Origin: Octopus bimaculoides
Taxonomy: Eukaryota
Length of the DNA stretch: 64,000 bases
Assembly: GCF_001194135.2 (NCBI RefSeq)
Contig: NC_068987.1
Location: forward strand, 11,873,484-11,937,483
Direction of reading: 5' to 3'
This document shows positions 24,618 to 37,843 of the stretch, in pieces (the stretch's first letter is position 1; each line of letters starts with the position of its first letter). The translations under genes and the position numbers were made by a program. The notes beneath the pieces were generated by a model that saw only the letters and a list, made by a program, of their open reading frames with translations, did not search any database and had not been told where the DNA came from.

Positions 24618-24990
24618 CTAGCTGTTGGACCCGGCGTTGCTCGTGTTTTCTGTGTTGAAGTTAAGCCCACCTCTGACCTTGCATTGAATAAGCATTTCTA
24701 TCGATTTTGTTGAAATTTTACACGTGAAAAAATGCAAAAGCTGCAGGAAAAATAACATCGTTATGGAAATTTCCATTCAAACACCCGATTGAGCTCACAA
24801 AAATCCATGCCAACTAAGCATTATCGAGTTTTCGAAAAATTCCGGCCTTATTTAAACTTCAGGCCAGGTGATCTACCTATGTGCCAAAAATCATTGTAAT
24901 CGGTTGGACGGTGTGGGAGGAGCTAGAGTAACCCCGAACATACACACAAAGACAGACACCCTTACACATTTATGTATGCATGTATATATA
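24618..24990 (-). mobile_element. Non-autonomous Helitron (reverse orientation, 5' end probably in the gap)
   Basis: Plus strand a|ctagctgttggacccggcgttgctcgtg corresponds to the minus-strand 3' end gagcaacgccgggtccaacagCTAG|T. The distal part (atgtgccaaaaatcattgtaatcgg...gaggagctag) aligns with the 5' region of the 52826 element. Confidence 0.65.
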
Positions 24991-26065
24991 TNNNNNNNNN
25001 NNNNNNNNNNNNNNNNNNNNNNNNNNNNNNNNNNNNNNNNNNNNNNNNNNNNNNNNNNNNNNNNNNNNNNNNNNNNNNNNNNNNNNNNNNNNNNNNNNNN
25101 NNNNNNNNNNNNNNNNNNNNNNNNNNNNNNNNNNNNNNNNNNNNNNNNNNNNNNNNNNNNNNNNNNNNNNNNNNNNNNNNNNNNNNNNNNATATATATAT
25201 AAATGATTGCTATATTACTTCAATCCTCACTGTACAATGTAGGAATATTATTATGCAACCTGAATGCAAACTACTGATGGAACTTTTTATCATTCCCGTT
25301 AAAATATCCATTAAAATCTCCGTGAAATGTAAGCATAATAGATCCAGCATAGTTTATTCGATAAGGTAAAACAACAACAACAACAAACGAACAAAGATCT
25401 ACAGTAGCAATGCGAGTGCAACTGATATGACTACCGCATCGAATTCAATGGAAAGGGAGGATATCGATGGTCAGCGGATGTAGAATCTACAACCATCTCA
25501 TCGTATTATAAATTCATTTTAGATTTAGAATCATTTTGGGAACGTGGTTACATTATCAATGTTTATGCAGCAGAATATGTCAAGTTACCTTTTGATAAAA
25601 AAAAAAAAAAAAGTTTCCAATTCCTTAAACACAATCTGTTAGCAACATAATAATAATAAAAAAAAAATGTAAACCTTCTTCCAAAGAGTTAGTTTTGCAT
25701 TTGATTGAAATTATCAACAAAGATCTTAGCTCTTTGTTACAGACCGACTCCTGTTCTGTTCAATAATCTTCCATTCAATAAAAATGTTAGTAATATAAGC
25801 GTGTGCATTAAAACCAACGACTCTGCGTGATTACAAAATGTCTAAACGTAAATTTAAAGCAGATTTGCTAGGAAAACGTTAGGAGGGAAAATAAGAAACC
25901 ACAGCGTGTGGTATCGGTATTATCTCGATATAAAAATGTTGTGTAATCGATGTTATATTCATGAAGAATTATCAAATGTATAGCGTTATGAAAAAATTTG
26001 CATTTTTTTTTTCTTTTCACATCTAATAGAACGCTTTTCAGATTTTAGATCACTCACTCTAGATG

Positions 26066-26450
26066 CAAGCATAGCTGTGTGGTTAAGAAACTCGACTTGC
26101 AACTACGCGCTTTAAGGTTCATTATCACAGCGCGGCACTTTGGGAACATATCTTATAGTTTAGTCTCGGGTCGACAAATTCTTTGTGAGTAAATTTAATA
26201 GGCAGAAACTGTACTGAACGGCGGCGAGCTGGCAAAAACGTTACCCCGCGGGGCGAAATGCTCAGCAGTATTTCGTCTGCCGTTACGTTCTGAGTCCAAA
26301 TTCCGCCGAGGTCGACTTTGCCTTTCATCCTTTCGCACTGGGGTCGATGTAATCGACTTAATCCCTTTGCCTGTCCTTGTTTGTCCCCTCTATGTTTAAC
26401 CCCTTGTGGGCAATAAAGAAATAAAAAACTGTATTGAAACCCGTCATACA
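26066..26450 (+). mobile_element. Old SINE family A 5' half interrupted by a family B monomer (26220-26425) with a 13-bp TSD
   Basis: TSD aaactgtactgaa (26206-26218) / aaactgtattgaa (26426-26438). The insert ends in ccccttgtgggcaataaagaaat. Confidence 0.8.
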
Positions 26451-27015
26451 TATATANNNNNNNNNNNNNNNNNNNNNNNNNNNNNNNNNNNNNNNNNNNN
26501 NNNNNNNNNNNNNNNNNNNNNNNNNNNNNNNNNNNNNNNNNNNNNNNNNNNNNNNNNNNNNNNNNNNNNNNNNNNNNNNNNNNNNNNNNNNNNNNNNNNN
26601 NNNNNNNNNNNNNNNNNNNNNNNNNNNNNNNNNNNNNNNNNNNNNNNNNNNNNNNNNNNNNNNNNNNNNNNNNNNNNNNNNNNNNNNNNNNNNNNNNNNN
26701 NNNNNNNNNNNNNNNNNNNNNNNNNNNNNNNNNNNNNNNNNNNNNNNNNNNNNNNNNNNNNNNNNNNNNNNNNNNNNNNNNNNNNNNNNNNNNNNNNNNN
26801 NNNNNNNNNNNNNNNNNNNNNNNNNNNNNNNNNNNNNNNNNNNNNNNNNNNNNNNNNNNNNNNNNNNNNNNNNNNNNNNNNNNNNNNNNNNNNNNNNNNN
26901 NNNNNNNNNNNNNNNNNNNNNNNNNNNNNNNNNNNNNNNNNNNNNNNNNNNNNNNNNNNNNNNNNNNNNNNNNNNNNNNNNNNNNNNNNNNNNNNNNNNN
27001 NNNNNNNNNNNNNNN

Positions 27016-27320
27016 GTGAGTGTTTATTGAGCGAAAACACCCAAGCTCCACGAGGCTCCGGCAGGGGATGGTGGCGAACCCTGCTGCACTCTCTCACCAC
27101 AACTTGCTCTCACTCTTACTTCCTGTTTCTGTTGTGCCTGTAATTCAAAGGGTTAGCCTTGTCACACTGTGTCACGCTGAATATCCCCGAGAACTACGTT
27201 AAGGGTATACGTGTCTGTGGAGTGCTCAGTCACTTGCACGTTAATTTCACGAGTAGGCTGTTCCATTGATCGGATCAACTGGAACCCTCAACATCGTAAG
27301 CGACGGAGTGCCAACAACAA
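27016..27320 (+). mobile_element. SINE family D, 5' end hidden in gap
   Basis: Collinear with 18500-18773 and includes a segment deleted there (aactacgttaagggtatacgtgtctgt). Confidence 0.8.
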
Positions 27321-27546
27321 ACAAAATTCGCTTCTATTTTCACTCATTACACCTACTTTGCATTGATGGAAGCGGAGGCAGTCTGTTCTAAGCAAGTTGC
27401 CTGCGAATAAAGGTATAACGTCAAGAAAAAAAAGACATTCGATTCTTATCCATTGATAGATATAGGAAGCTGAGATTACGATTCTTAAAAGGATTAACGT
27501 GTTACTTTATTTCATTGCATCTCCGGATACGCCAACTATAAACATA

Positions 27547-28094
27547 TGCGCTGGTTCTATTATTGGTGGCTGTGGCGAAAGAGGTTTGATGGACGAAAGG
27601 TATGAGGACTGATACATTCCTCTTTGGTAGGGCTCTCATTGATTTCTTCAAGTTTTACTCGAAAAAGAAGTTGAGAGTGGAGAGCGAAGTGCTGTTCCCG
27701 AGTGAGTTCATTGAAAGGTGGGTGAAAGCTGCGAAAAGGGCAAGAGTGGATGGTAGCTCTCTGAATGTAGACCTGGGAGTCGGAGAGAAGGAATTGGAGA
27801 GGGCACTTGCTCCTAGGATTTCAGAGAAATCTCGAACAGTGGGGATCCTCGATTATCCCTAGAGGCGTTCTTATATCAGGAGGGCCACATCTCTATCATC
27901 CTCCCCGCCATTTTATTTTAGCTATGTATGCTATCCCATCTTTTCCAGTGTATACCATGTATACTTTTAAAAATTTTACTTTATTTTTATATTTTTTATT
28001 TTTTGCTATCATTTCATTATTATATTTAACACCCACACTTTATGTCCGTCTCTGTATTGTCTCCCTCATCCTTCGCCCTTGTGGCAAATAAATG

Positions 28095-28098
<4 letters not shown>
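27547..28098 (+). mobile_element. 5'-truncated Tx1/L1-clade LINE: ORF2 C-terminus and 3' UTR
   Basis: Frame reads ALVLLLVAVAKEV*WTKGMRTDTFLFGRALIDFFKFYSKKKLRVESEVLFPSEFIERWVKAAK, typical of the Tx1 ORF2 C-terminus (AK.xIW...F...W). A T-rich 3' UTR ends aataaatgaaat followed by (ATC)n. Confidence 0.7.
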
Positions 28099-28126
<28 letters not shown>

Positions 28127-28799
28127 GTCTTGACAAACCTAATTGTTTGGTTGAAGTCAACCTCGGCAGAATTTGAACTCAGAATATAAAAAGCTGGAAG
28201 AAATGTCGTTAAGACGATAAAGTTTATTGAAGCTGGTGTACATGTGATAGGCACAACAATCTTCTGGCTATTTGAAAACATCTTGAATGACTGAACTTCT
28301 TATGTTAGTAATCAACGGCGGAAATAGAAGACAGAAATGTACGGAAGCAGCCGAAAAATCCAGAAGTTTTATTTGATTATTTTTTTGAATGAAAAATACC
28401 TGTGTGAAGTATTGATCTTACATATGGATCTTGTTTGATGTATTTAGATAAGTTTGTTGTTAGATAAGCAATAAACTTTAGAGATATTAGGGAGGCCATC
28501 TTGTCTCTAAATCTGTAATGTCGGAAATAAGAGGCAACGCCGAATTCATTCTATAATTACTGCCCTGATTACGTTTTAAGAATTAATGAAATAGACTTAA
28601 ACGATATCGGCTTTCATTTTAAAATCTTTATCAAAATCTGCATGATAATACTTATCTACAGTGAAGATAACAATCATTGCAATTAGTCTGTCTTAATGAG
28701 TTTAGAGACGTGTTTCTACTGAGAGAGTTAGCGGTCTACCAGAAGAAAAAAATGAATAAGAAATTACAAAAAACAAAACAAAAAAATAGAAACAATGAA

Positions 28800-29008
28800 C
28801 GTCATCATCATCATCACTCCCACCACATCATAACTATTATTAATCTCCCCCAATCATCATCATCACCATCATCATCCTGCCATCATCATCATTACCAACA
28901 ACACCCCACCACTATCCTCCTCATCTTCATGCTCCAAAAAAACCACCACCACCACCACCACCATCATCATCATCAATCCACACCCAATCATCTTCATCAT
29001 CATTACTC

Positions 29009-29072
<64 letters not shown>

Positions 29073-29160
29073 AACAACACCCCACCACCATCTTCCGCAT
29101 CCTCACACTCTAAAACCACCACCAACAGCAACAACATCAACAACAGCAACAACAACAACG

Positions 29161-29220
<60 letters not shown>

Positions 29221-29230
29221 NNNNNNNNNN

Positions 29231-29263
<33 letters not shown>
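28800..29263. repeat. Compound (CAT)/(CAC)/(CAA)n trinucleotide array
   Basis: Directly visible; explains ORFs 28677-29375, 29003-29269 and 29103-29345. Confidence 0.95.
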
Positions 29264-29264
<1 letters not shown>

Positions 29265-29479
29265 GCCAATGAAGGAGACCTCTACATTGTTACTCGATCC
29301 GCTAAAAATAGCATCCGATATTTTTCTCGAATGACCCTCTGGCATCTTAATAACAAAGAAAAGCAGATTGAGTAATGCAGTCCAAAGTAAACGATTGTGG
29401 TCACGTCTAAGCAGATTTGACCTTTGATCTACGTGGTGAAAACTGACTTGGGGTTAAGCAACAGCAAAAATGAGCCAAT

Positions 29480-29670
29480 GAGGCAAGCTTGTAAGCGGTC
29501 ACTTGATCTGCTAGAAACAGCAGCTAAAATTCCCTCAAACCAGAGACATTGGCAGGTCTTAGATACCCCCAAAATAAGATGGAATAGAATGGGATGGTCA
29601 TAGCCGGAGATCTTTGATCCAAAGCTAGATCAATCAGCATTAACCTGGGGTTAAACACCACCACCACCAC
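29480..29670 (+). mobile_element. SINE family E fragment (tail ...ctggggttaaacaccacc)
   Basis: Related inverted fragments at 29860-29945 and 61130-61205. Confidence 0.55.
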
Positions 29671-30040
29671 CAAAACTTATGAGTTTATTATCATTGATGT
29701 TTTAGAAAGTTATAGAAACCTCATTAACATAAAAGCTGGTTGCTAATTATCATATTCTAATCAGTTGAAAGGAAAATGTTATATTTAGAAATAAAATATC
29801 ATTGCACATTGAAGGATGAAAGATGACGTAATAATTCTATTTTAAATGGACTAAACCACAGTTTTTGTAGTTGTTCTTTAGCCCAGTTCAGTCTTGACAG
29901 AGTCAATTTATGATCAAAGGAGTTCCAGCCTTGACCATCTCTCCTGTAGTTATGCATATCTAAAACTACATTATCTAACGTGTTATTCGATTTTTGAGGC
30001 AGTAAGTCGTAATATGAAGGCGAGACGTGACTGCTATATA

Positions 30041-30255
30041 CAGGGTGGCCCAAAAGTAGGTTTACATTTATTCAACTACCTCTTTCGCATTCATATATTA
30101 ACAGTTTAGATCTTAATTATATAAAAAAAATATGAAACCATTATTCTATGCTAATTTAGTTAATTGTAAGGTAGAAATTTAAATGTAATAAAATGTTTTA
30201 AAAGAAATTCAAAGCACCTACGTGATAACTGTAAACCTACTTTTGGTCCACCCTG
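30041..30255. mobile_element. Tc1/mariner-type MITE
   Basis: 26-bp TIRs cagggtggcccaaaagtaggtttaca (30041-30066) and tgtaaacctacttttggtccaccctg (30230-30255) with 1 mismatch. TA on the left flank, TG on the right. Confidence 0.8.
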
Positions 30256-30504
30256 TGTAGAAGTACAATTGACTGCAACGAAATTCTTATAATTTGTTCG
30301 TTTTCTTTTTGTGAAGGGGATAGGGGAATGAAACGGAATGAAGGGGATAGGGGAATTTAGCATTATCTCCGTTGCTTTCAATAATTTTAACTTCCGAATC
30401 GAGTCATCCGGTTTCTTACTCATACACATTTTTTCTAGAACAATCCTTGCTCCACCTCCTCCGCTGTGTGATCAGATTATACATCAGCTACATAAATCTC
30501 ACCT

Positions 30505-30600
30505 CTGGGAAGAGGCCTGGCTTCTATCCTTTGGACTGTCCAGCATGGGGAGCCTTACCAAGAGCTTGTACTCTGCTGGTATAACTCTCAGCATCATTGA
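30505..30600 (+). mobile_element. Fragment resembling the 5' leader of RTE-clade LINEs
   Basis: ggactgtccagcatggggagccttaccaagagcttgtactctgctggtataactctcagcatcattgagg resembles the RTE leader motif as I recall it; not verified. Confidence 0.3.
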
Positions 30601-30611
30601 GGTAAAAAGAT

Positions 30612-30859
30612 AAAGTTATATTCTTTAGTCATACCGACTCATAAGGTCCGGTTTCTTGGTTTCCATGGCGTATATATTCCCCACATGGACGGGATGCCAG
30701 TCCGTCGCAAGATCACTCATTTTTGTCAGCTGAGTGGATTGGAGCAACGTGAAATGAAGTGTTTCGCTCAAGAACACAACGCGTCGCCCGGTCCAGGAAT
30801 CGAAACCACAATCTTACGATCATGAGTCCAACACCTTACCCACTAAGCCACGCGCTTCC
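30612..30859 (-). mobile_element. SINE family C, full length
   Basis: Minus strand ggaagcgcgtggcttagtgggtaagg...ggtttcgattcc...ttgcgacggactggcatcccgtcc. Confidence 0.85.
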
Positions 30860-31981
30860 ACAATCATTAAGGCACACAAGCTACCACACTACAACAATGA
30901 CTGGACCTTGTAGTGGCCTTTAGTCTTCTCTGTCGATAAAATAAGAACCAGTGAATTACTGATGTCGATTTAATTGAATTTTCTATCTCTATAGATTTGA
31001 GGCCTTGCGCGAATGTTTGCAATCGATGGTCAGATACAAATGAATTGACTGGCATGAAACGAATTTCAAAGCTTAGAAAACTGCCGGCTGTTTAAATGCT
31101 CGTCCTCTGACAGCAAAATCTCTTTATATGGTTTAGCTAATAAAACAATTTAATCATAAGGAAGCAAAAGAACAGAAAAAGAAAAAAATGGAGTAGGGAA
31201 TTAAGCAGCAGAAGATGGAGTGGGAGGGAGCAACGGGTGGCATACCCCAGAACAAATGGTGTGTTCAGCCACGCCCCGCAGTCAGGACCGCGATAGCGTT
31301 GCCGCGGAGAATGGCAAACGACGTTCGCCGCAGCGGCCACTCTACCCCGTGGAGCTAATTTCTCGGGTGGGCCGCCGTTATTCCGATTTTGAAGTTGCAT
31401 GGGGATTCGAGAAAACCTAAAGTCTCGGCGGTGGGCGGCGCAAACATCAACGGCCGGTTAGGTCTTGCATTTATTTACGAACAATAAATCCTGCTANNNN
31501 NNNNNNNNNNNNNNNNNNNNNNNNNNNNNNNNNNNNNNNNNNNNNNNNNNNNNNNNNNNNNNNNNNNNNNNNNNNNNNNNNNNNNNNNNNNNNNNNNNNN
31601 NNNNNNNNNNNNNNNNNNNNNNNNNNNNNNNNNNNNNNNNNNNNNNNNNNNNNNNNNNNNNNNNNNNNNNNNNNNNNNNNNNNNNNNNNNNNNNNNNNNN
31701 NNNNNNNNNNNNNNNNNNNNNNNNNNNNNNNNNNNNNNNNNNNNNNNNNNNNNNNNNNNNNNNNNNNNNNNNNNNNNNNNNNNNNNNNNNNNNNNNNNNN
31801 NNNNNNNNNNNNNNNNNNNNNNNNNNNNNNNNNNNNNNNNNNNNNNNNNNNNNNNNNNNNNNNNNNNNNNNNNNNNNNNNNNNNNNNNNNNNNNNNNNNN
31901 NNNNNNNNNNNNNNNNNNNNNNNNNNNNNNNNNNNNNNNNNNNNNNNNNNNNNNNNNNNNNNNNNNNNNNNTATATGTGTG

Positions 31982-32355
31982 TGCATGCGCAGGAGTGGCT
32001 GTGTGGTAAGTATCTTGTTTCCCAACCACATGGTTCCGGGTTCGGTTCCACTGCGTGGCACCTTGGCCAAGTATCTGCTACTATAGCCTCGGGGTCGACC
32101 AAAGCCTTGTGAGTGGATTTGGTAGGCGGAAACTGAAAGAAGCCAGTCGTATGTATATATATTTGTGTGTTTATGTCCCCCAACATCTCTTGACAACCGA
32201 TGCTGGTGTGTTTACGTCCCCGTAACTTAGCGGTTCGGCAAAAGAAACCGACAGAATAAGTACTAGGCTTACAAAGAATAAGTCCTGGGGTCGATTTGTT
32301 CGACTAAAGGTGGGGCCCTTCAGCATGGCCTCAGTCAAACGACTGAAACATTAAA
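31982..32355 (+). mobile_element. SINE family A, full length
   Basis: Both halves are present with a short spacer. Confidence 0.9.
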
Positions 32356-32502
32356 TGAAGCAGTACAAAAAAACAAAACAAAAAAAAAACAAAAACATCA
32401 GATAAGAAAAAGGCAGTCGTGGAGAAAAAAGCGAACGAGTTCAGGCTGTTGTACGTCTTTTGTTCGGCTCTGTAACGATTTTGCCAGCTTGATTCTTTAA
32501 TA

Positions 32503-32722
32503 ATAATAATCCTTCCTACTAAAGGCATAAGGCCTGAAATTTGATGAGAGAGGAGTAGTCGATTACATCGACCCAAGTGTTTCACTGGTGCTTAATTTAT
32601 CGATTCCGAAAGGATGAAAGGCAAAGTCGACCTCGGCGGAATTTGAACTCAGAACGTAAAGCTGGACGAAATGCTGCGAAGTACTTTGTCCGGCGCGGTA
32701 ACGATGTTGCCAGTTCGCCGCC
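32503..32722 (-). mobile_element. SINE family B, full length, next to (TAC)n
   Basis: Reverse complement of the consensus. Confidence 0.85.
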
Positions 32723-32724
32723 TT

Positions 32725-32774
<50 letters not shown>

Positions 32775-33162
32775 TTACTCCATCCCCAACTTTTATTTCT
32801 ACAACATCCTTCAGCAACCGTCAATTCTCATTAATTTCCCCAGCTGGAAATTGTAGCCGGAAAATTATAATTGCGAAGATGAGTCAGAAAGTAATGCAAT
32901 TTTTTGTTTGCTGCATTAGTTTCTGATTCAACATTGTCCCTTGCAAGTTTATAAGTAAATTTGATACTGAGGAGGAAAAAAAAATTGAAACGTTTCTTGC
33001 TAAACCATGCGCCAGATAAGAATAGCGTCACAGAAGCCTCTCACCCACTCACGTTCTATGTCTTTCTTTGTTTCAGGAGCGACCTCCCCTGCTCTCTTTA
33101 TCACGAAATTTTCGTTTTGCTTTTTAGCTGGATGAATATGTAATGGTAAAAGTATGTCAAAA

Positions 33163-33380
33163 ATAGGCGTGACTGTATAGTAAGAAGCCTACTTCCAAAC
33201 TACATGGTTCCGGGTTCAGTCCCACTGCATGACACCTTGGGCAAGTGTCTTTTACTATAGCCCCGGGCCAACGAAAGCCTTGTGAGTGGATTTACGAGAT
33301 GGAAACTGAAAGAAGCTCATCGTACACACACACACACACATACACACACACACACATACACACACACACACACATACACA
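33163..33380 (+). mobile_element. SINE family A, 5' half with (CA)n spacer running into gap
   Basis: Head and CORE-like segment match the other copies. Confidence 0.85.
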
Positions 33381-34216
33381 NNNNNNNNNNNNNNNNNNNN
33401 NNNNNNNNNNNNNNNNNNNNNNNNNNNNNNNNNNNNNNNNNNNNNNNNNNNNNNNNNNNNNNNNNNNNNNNNNNNNNNNNNNNNNNNNNNNNNNNNNNNN
33501 NNNNNNNNNNNNNNNNNNNNNNNNNNNNNNNNNNNNNNNNNNNNNNNNNNNNNNNNNNNNNNNNNNNNNNNNNNNNNNNNNNNNNNNNNNNNNNNNNNNN
33601 NNNNNNNNNNNNNNNNNNNNNNNNNNNNNNNNNNNNNNNNNNNNNNNNNNNNNNNNNNNNNNNNNNNNNNNNNNNNNNNNNNNNNNNNNNNNNNNNNNNN
33701 NNNNNNNNNNNNNNNNNNNNNNNNNNNNNNNNNNNNNNNNNNNNNNNNNNNNNNNNNNNNNNNNNNNNNNNNNNNNNNNNNNNNNNNNNNNNNNNNNNNN
33801 NNNNNNNNNNNNNNNNNNNNNNNNNNNNNNNNNNNNNNNNNNNNNNNNNNNNNNNNNNNNNNNNNNNNNNNNNNNNNNNNNNNNNNNNNNNNNNNNNNNN
33901 NNNNNNNNNNNNNNNNNNNNNNNNNNNNNNNNNNNNNNNNNNNNNNNNNNNNNNNNNNNNNNNNNNNNNNNNNNNNNNNNNNNNNNNNNNNNNNNNNNNN
34001 NNNNNNNNNNNNNNNNNNNNNNNNNNNNNNNNNNNNNNNNNNNNNNNNNNNNNNNNNNNNNNNNNNNNNNNNNNNNNNNNNNNNNNNNNNNNNNNNNNNN
34101 NNNNNNNNNNNNNNNNNNNNNNNNNNNNNNNNNNNNNNNNNNNNNNNNNNNNNNNNNNNNNNNNNNNNNNNNNNNNNNNNNNNNNNNNNNNNNNNNNNNN
34201 NNNNNNNNNNNNNNNN

Positions 34217-34248
<32 letters not shown>

Positions 34249-34552
34249 CGTGTGTGTGTGTGTGTGTGTGTCTGTGTTTGTCTTCGATTGTCAGTTTAAA
34301 ATCGGTGTTGGACACAGTCCAAAGATTGAAACCAATAAAAATATAAAATTTAATGCAATGTATAATTATATAAAAACAAAAGTTATAATATAAAAATAGA
34401 ATCATGGCCGTTACGCACGAGTGAATATGGCTTGATAACATGTACCATGCTTTCACTAATTGTTTTAGGTGCTTGTGTAATCGCGAGTCAGACTCAGTCT
34501 AAGAACTCTCAGATTTGAACAAATGGGACATAAAAGATATGACAGCTTAAAT

Positions 34553-34596
<44 letters not shown>

Positions 34597-34615
34597 TAGA
34601 GAGAGAGAGAAAAAA

Positions 34616-34666
<51 letters not shown>

Positions 34667-35234
34667 NNNNNNNNNNNNNNNNNNNNNNNNNNNNNNNNNN
34701 NNNNNNNNNNNNNNNNNNNNNNNNNNNNNNNNNNNNNNNNNNNNNNNNNNNNNNNNNNNNNNNNNNNNNNNNNNNNNNNNNNNNNNNNNNNNNNNNNNNN
34801 NNNNNNNNNNNNNNNNNNNNNNNNNNNNNNNNNNNNNNNNNNNNNNNNNNNNNNNNNNNNNNNNNNNNNNNNNNNNNNNNNNNNNNNNNNNNNNNNNNNN
34901 NNNNNNNNNNNNNNNNNNNNNNNNNNNNNNNNNNNNNNNNNNNNNNNNNNNNNNNNNNNNNNNNNNNNNNNNNNNNNNNNNNNNNNNNNNNNNNNNNNNN
35001 NNNNNNNNNNNNNNNNNNNNNNNNNNNNNNNNNNNNNNNNNNNNNNNNNNNNNNNNNNNNNNNNNNNNNNNNNNNNNNNNNNNNNNNNNNNNNNNNNNNN
35101 NNNNNNNNNNNNNNNNNNNNNTGCACATTTAATCGGTCTCTTTTGCCGAACTGATAAGCTACGGGGACATAAGCAAACCAATACCGCTTGATACACGGTG
35201 GTGCAGGACCTACATACACAAAGACACACGCACG

Positions 35235-35273
<39 letters not shown>

Positions 35274-36254
35274 ACACACACACACACACACGCACACACA
35301 CACACACACGCACACACACATATACACACACGCACACATACAAACATACACACGCGCGTGCGCATACAGACAGAGGAACAAGACAACAACACCGAGAAAA
35401 TGTTGAAAACGTGTTACATTTTTACGCACATTTTTCGGGGTTTAGATTAATCAAACTTTATATTTTAATATAAGGGGTAAAGAGTTTTATTATATCTATT
35501 TATATAAATGAAAATAAAAATACGAAATATGCGTTTTCATATAAGAAATGATTTCGTACTAAAAATATATTGATATAAAAAACAATTTATTGCTTAATCT
35601 TACATAATCTCGCATACTATTGTATGTCATGCTGTATAATGCAATGTGTTAATAGTAATAGATTTTGGCATCGAAACATACCGAATTATCGGTGCCTGTT
35701 TTCAATCATTTTAGTCTCGTGCCTCTCAGAACCTCTTTGGCTAAGGACTCCAGGCTGATAAAAATTGCACTATGGTTGATTTATTCGACTAAAAGTCCTT
35801 CAACGCAGTGCTCCATCGTGGTCGCAGTCCAATGATCGAAACAAGTAAACGGTAAAAGTTAAACATTATTCGGCAAATTCCGTTTATAATGCTTCAGAAA
35901 GACGAGTTGGTGAAAATTTTGAAATGTGAAATCGTTAAAACATCATGGATTAAAACAAATTCAAACTTCTTTCCCTTTGGATCACTTTCGTAAAGTACTC
36001 TTTGAAAATAAAGAAATTCACAAAACGAACTTGGAAGTAATCCAAAGGTTTTAGTGGCGTGAGAGATGTCCAGGCATTAATGGGTGCAGTATTGAACACA
36101 GATCATAAACTTCTACGATCTAAACTAATTTGTAAAGAGATGATTTGGTGTGAAATTTTAATTCATTGGCGGATGCTACTAACTAAATAGGATTTCCTTA
36201 AGCACAAAGTTTACCAATTTTCACGGAATGTCGCTTTGGCGAAGCGTATATATG

Positions 36255-36308
<54 letters not shown>

Positions 36309-37093
36309 NNNNNNNNNNNNNNNNNNNNNNNNNNNNNNNNNNNNNNNNNNNNNNNNNNNNNNNNNNNNNNNNNNNNNNNNNNNNNNNNNNNNNNNNNNNN
36401 NNNNNNNNNNNNNNNNNNNNNNNNNNNNNNNNNNNNNNNNNNNNNNNNNNNNNNNNNNNNNNNNNNNNNNNNNNNNNNNNNNNNNNNNNNNNNNNNNNNN
36501 NNNNNNNNNNNNNNNNNNNNNNNNNNNNNNNNNNNNNNNNNNNNNNNNNNNNNNNNNNNNNNNNNNNNNNNNNNNNNNNNNNNNNNNNNNNNNNNNNNNN
36601 NNNNNNNNNNNNNNNNNNNNNNNNNNNNNNNNNNNNNNNNNNNNNNNNNNNNNNNNNNNNNNNNNNNNNNNNNNNNNNNNNNNNNNNNNNNNNNNNNNNN
36701 NNNNNNNNNNNNNNNNNNNNNNNNNNNNNNNNNNNNNNNNNNNNNNNNNNNNNNNNNNNNNNNNNNNNNNNNNNNNNNNNNNNNNNNNNNNNNNNNNNNN
36801 NNNNNNNNNNNNNNNNNNNNNNNNNNNNNNNNNNNNNNNNNNNNNNNNNNNNNNNNNNNNNNNNNNNNNNNNNNNNNNNNNNNNNNNNNNNNNNNNNNNN
36901 NNNNNNNNNNNNNNNNNNNNNNNNNNNNNNNNNNNNNNNNNNNNNNNNNNNNNNNNNNNNNNNNNNNNNNNNNNNNNNNNNNNNNNNNNNNNNNNNNNNN
37001 NNNNNNNNNNNNNNNNNNNNNNNNNNNNNNNNNNNNNNNNNNNNNNNNNNNNNNNNNNNNNNNNNNNNNNNNNNNNNNNNNNNNNNNNNNNNN

Positions 37094-37138
<45 letters not shown>

Positions 37139-37812
37139 GCAGCTGTTATATTCTGGATTAAGGGCGAAGAGGTGCTTATCTCTGCTCGCGTCTGAATAGA
37201 CACCGAAAATCATCGCCAAAATTCGTGGCACAAATTACCAACTCATATACTCACTCGAGAGTGACGGATGGCTGCAATATGGGCAAACATGATGAAATCC
37301 CCCGTGGAAGGTAACGTACGAGTGTTCAGGGTTTGCTGAACGACCTGTAGCAATGATTTATTTATATTGATCAAAATCATGTGCTGTATATTAGCTCATT
37401 CCCTCCACTCCATCAAATTGACGTTGTCTGAACAGGTGCACGGTGTACGACAAGTCAGGTGTCGAGAGGTTTGCAGAGCAATGTGAGATGAGATGTTTGA
37501 TCCAAAACACAACGCACCACTTGGTCCGGGAACTGAAGCCACGATCTAGCGATCGAGAATGCAACACTCTGATCACCAGAGCACACATGCCTACATAAAT
37601 GCATACACATAAACACACACACACACGCACACACACACGAACACACACACGCGCACACGTGTATGTGGAGAAACGTGATCTTAAAAAGGAAGAGAGGAAA
37701 AAAGAATGAAAAACAGACAAATAGTGATCAAGCGAGAGAGAGAAAAGACATAAGAATGCAAGTATTGTCACACAACACTTTTCACATAACTTTATATTTA
37801 AGATAGAGTGTG

Positions 37813-37843
<31 letters not shown>

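Noticed and set aside
28677-29375. 232-aa His/Asn/Gln-rich ORF
   Set aside because: Translation of a compound trinucleotide microsatellite with no unique coding sequence.
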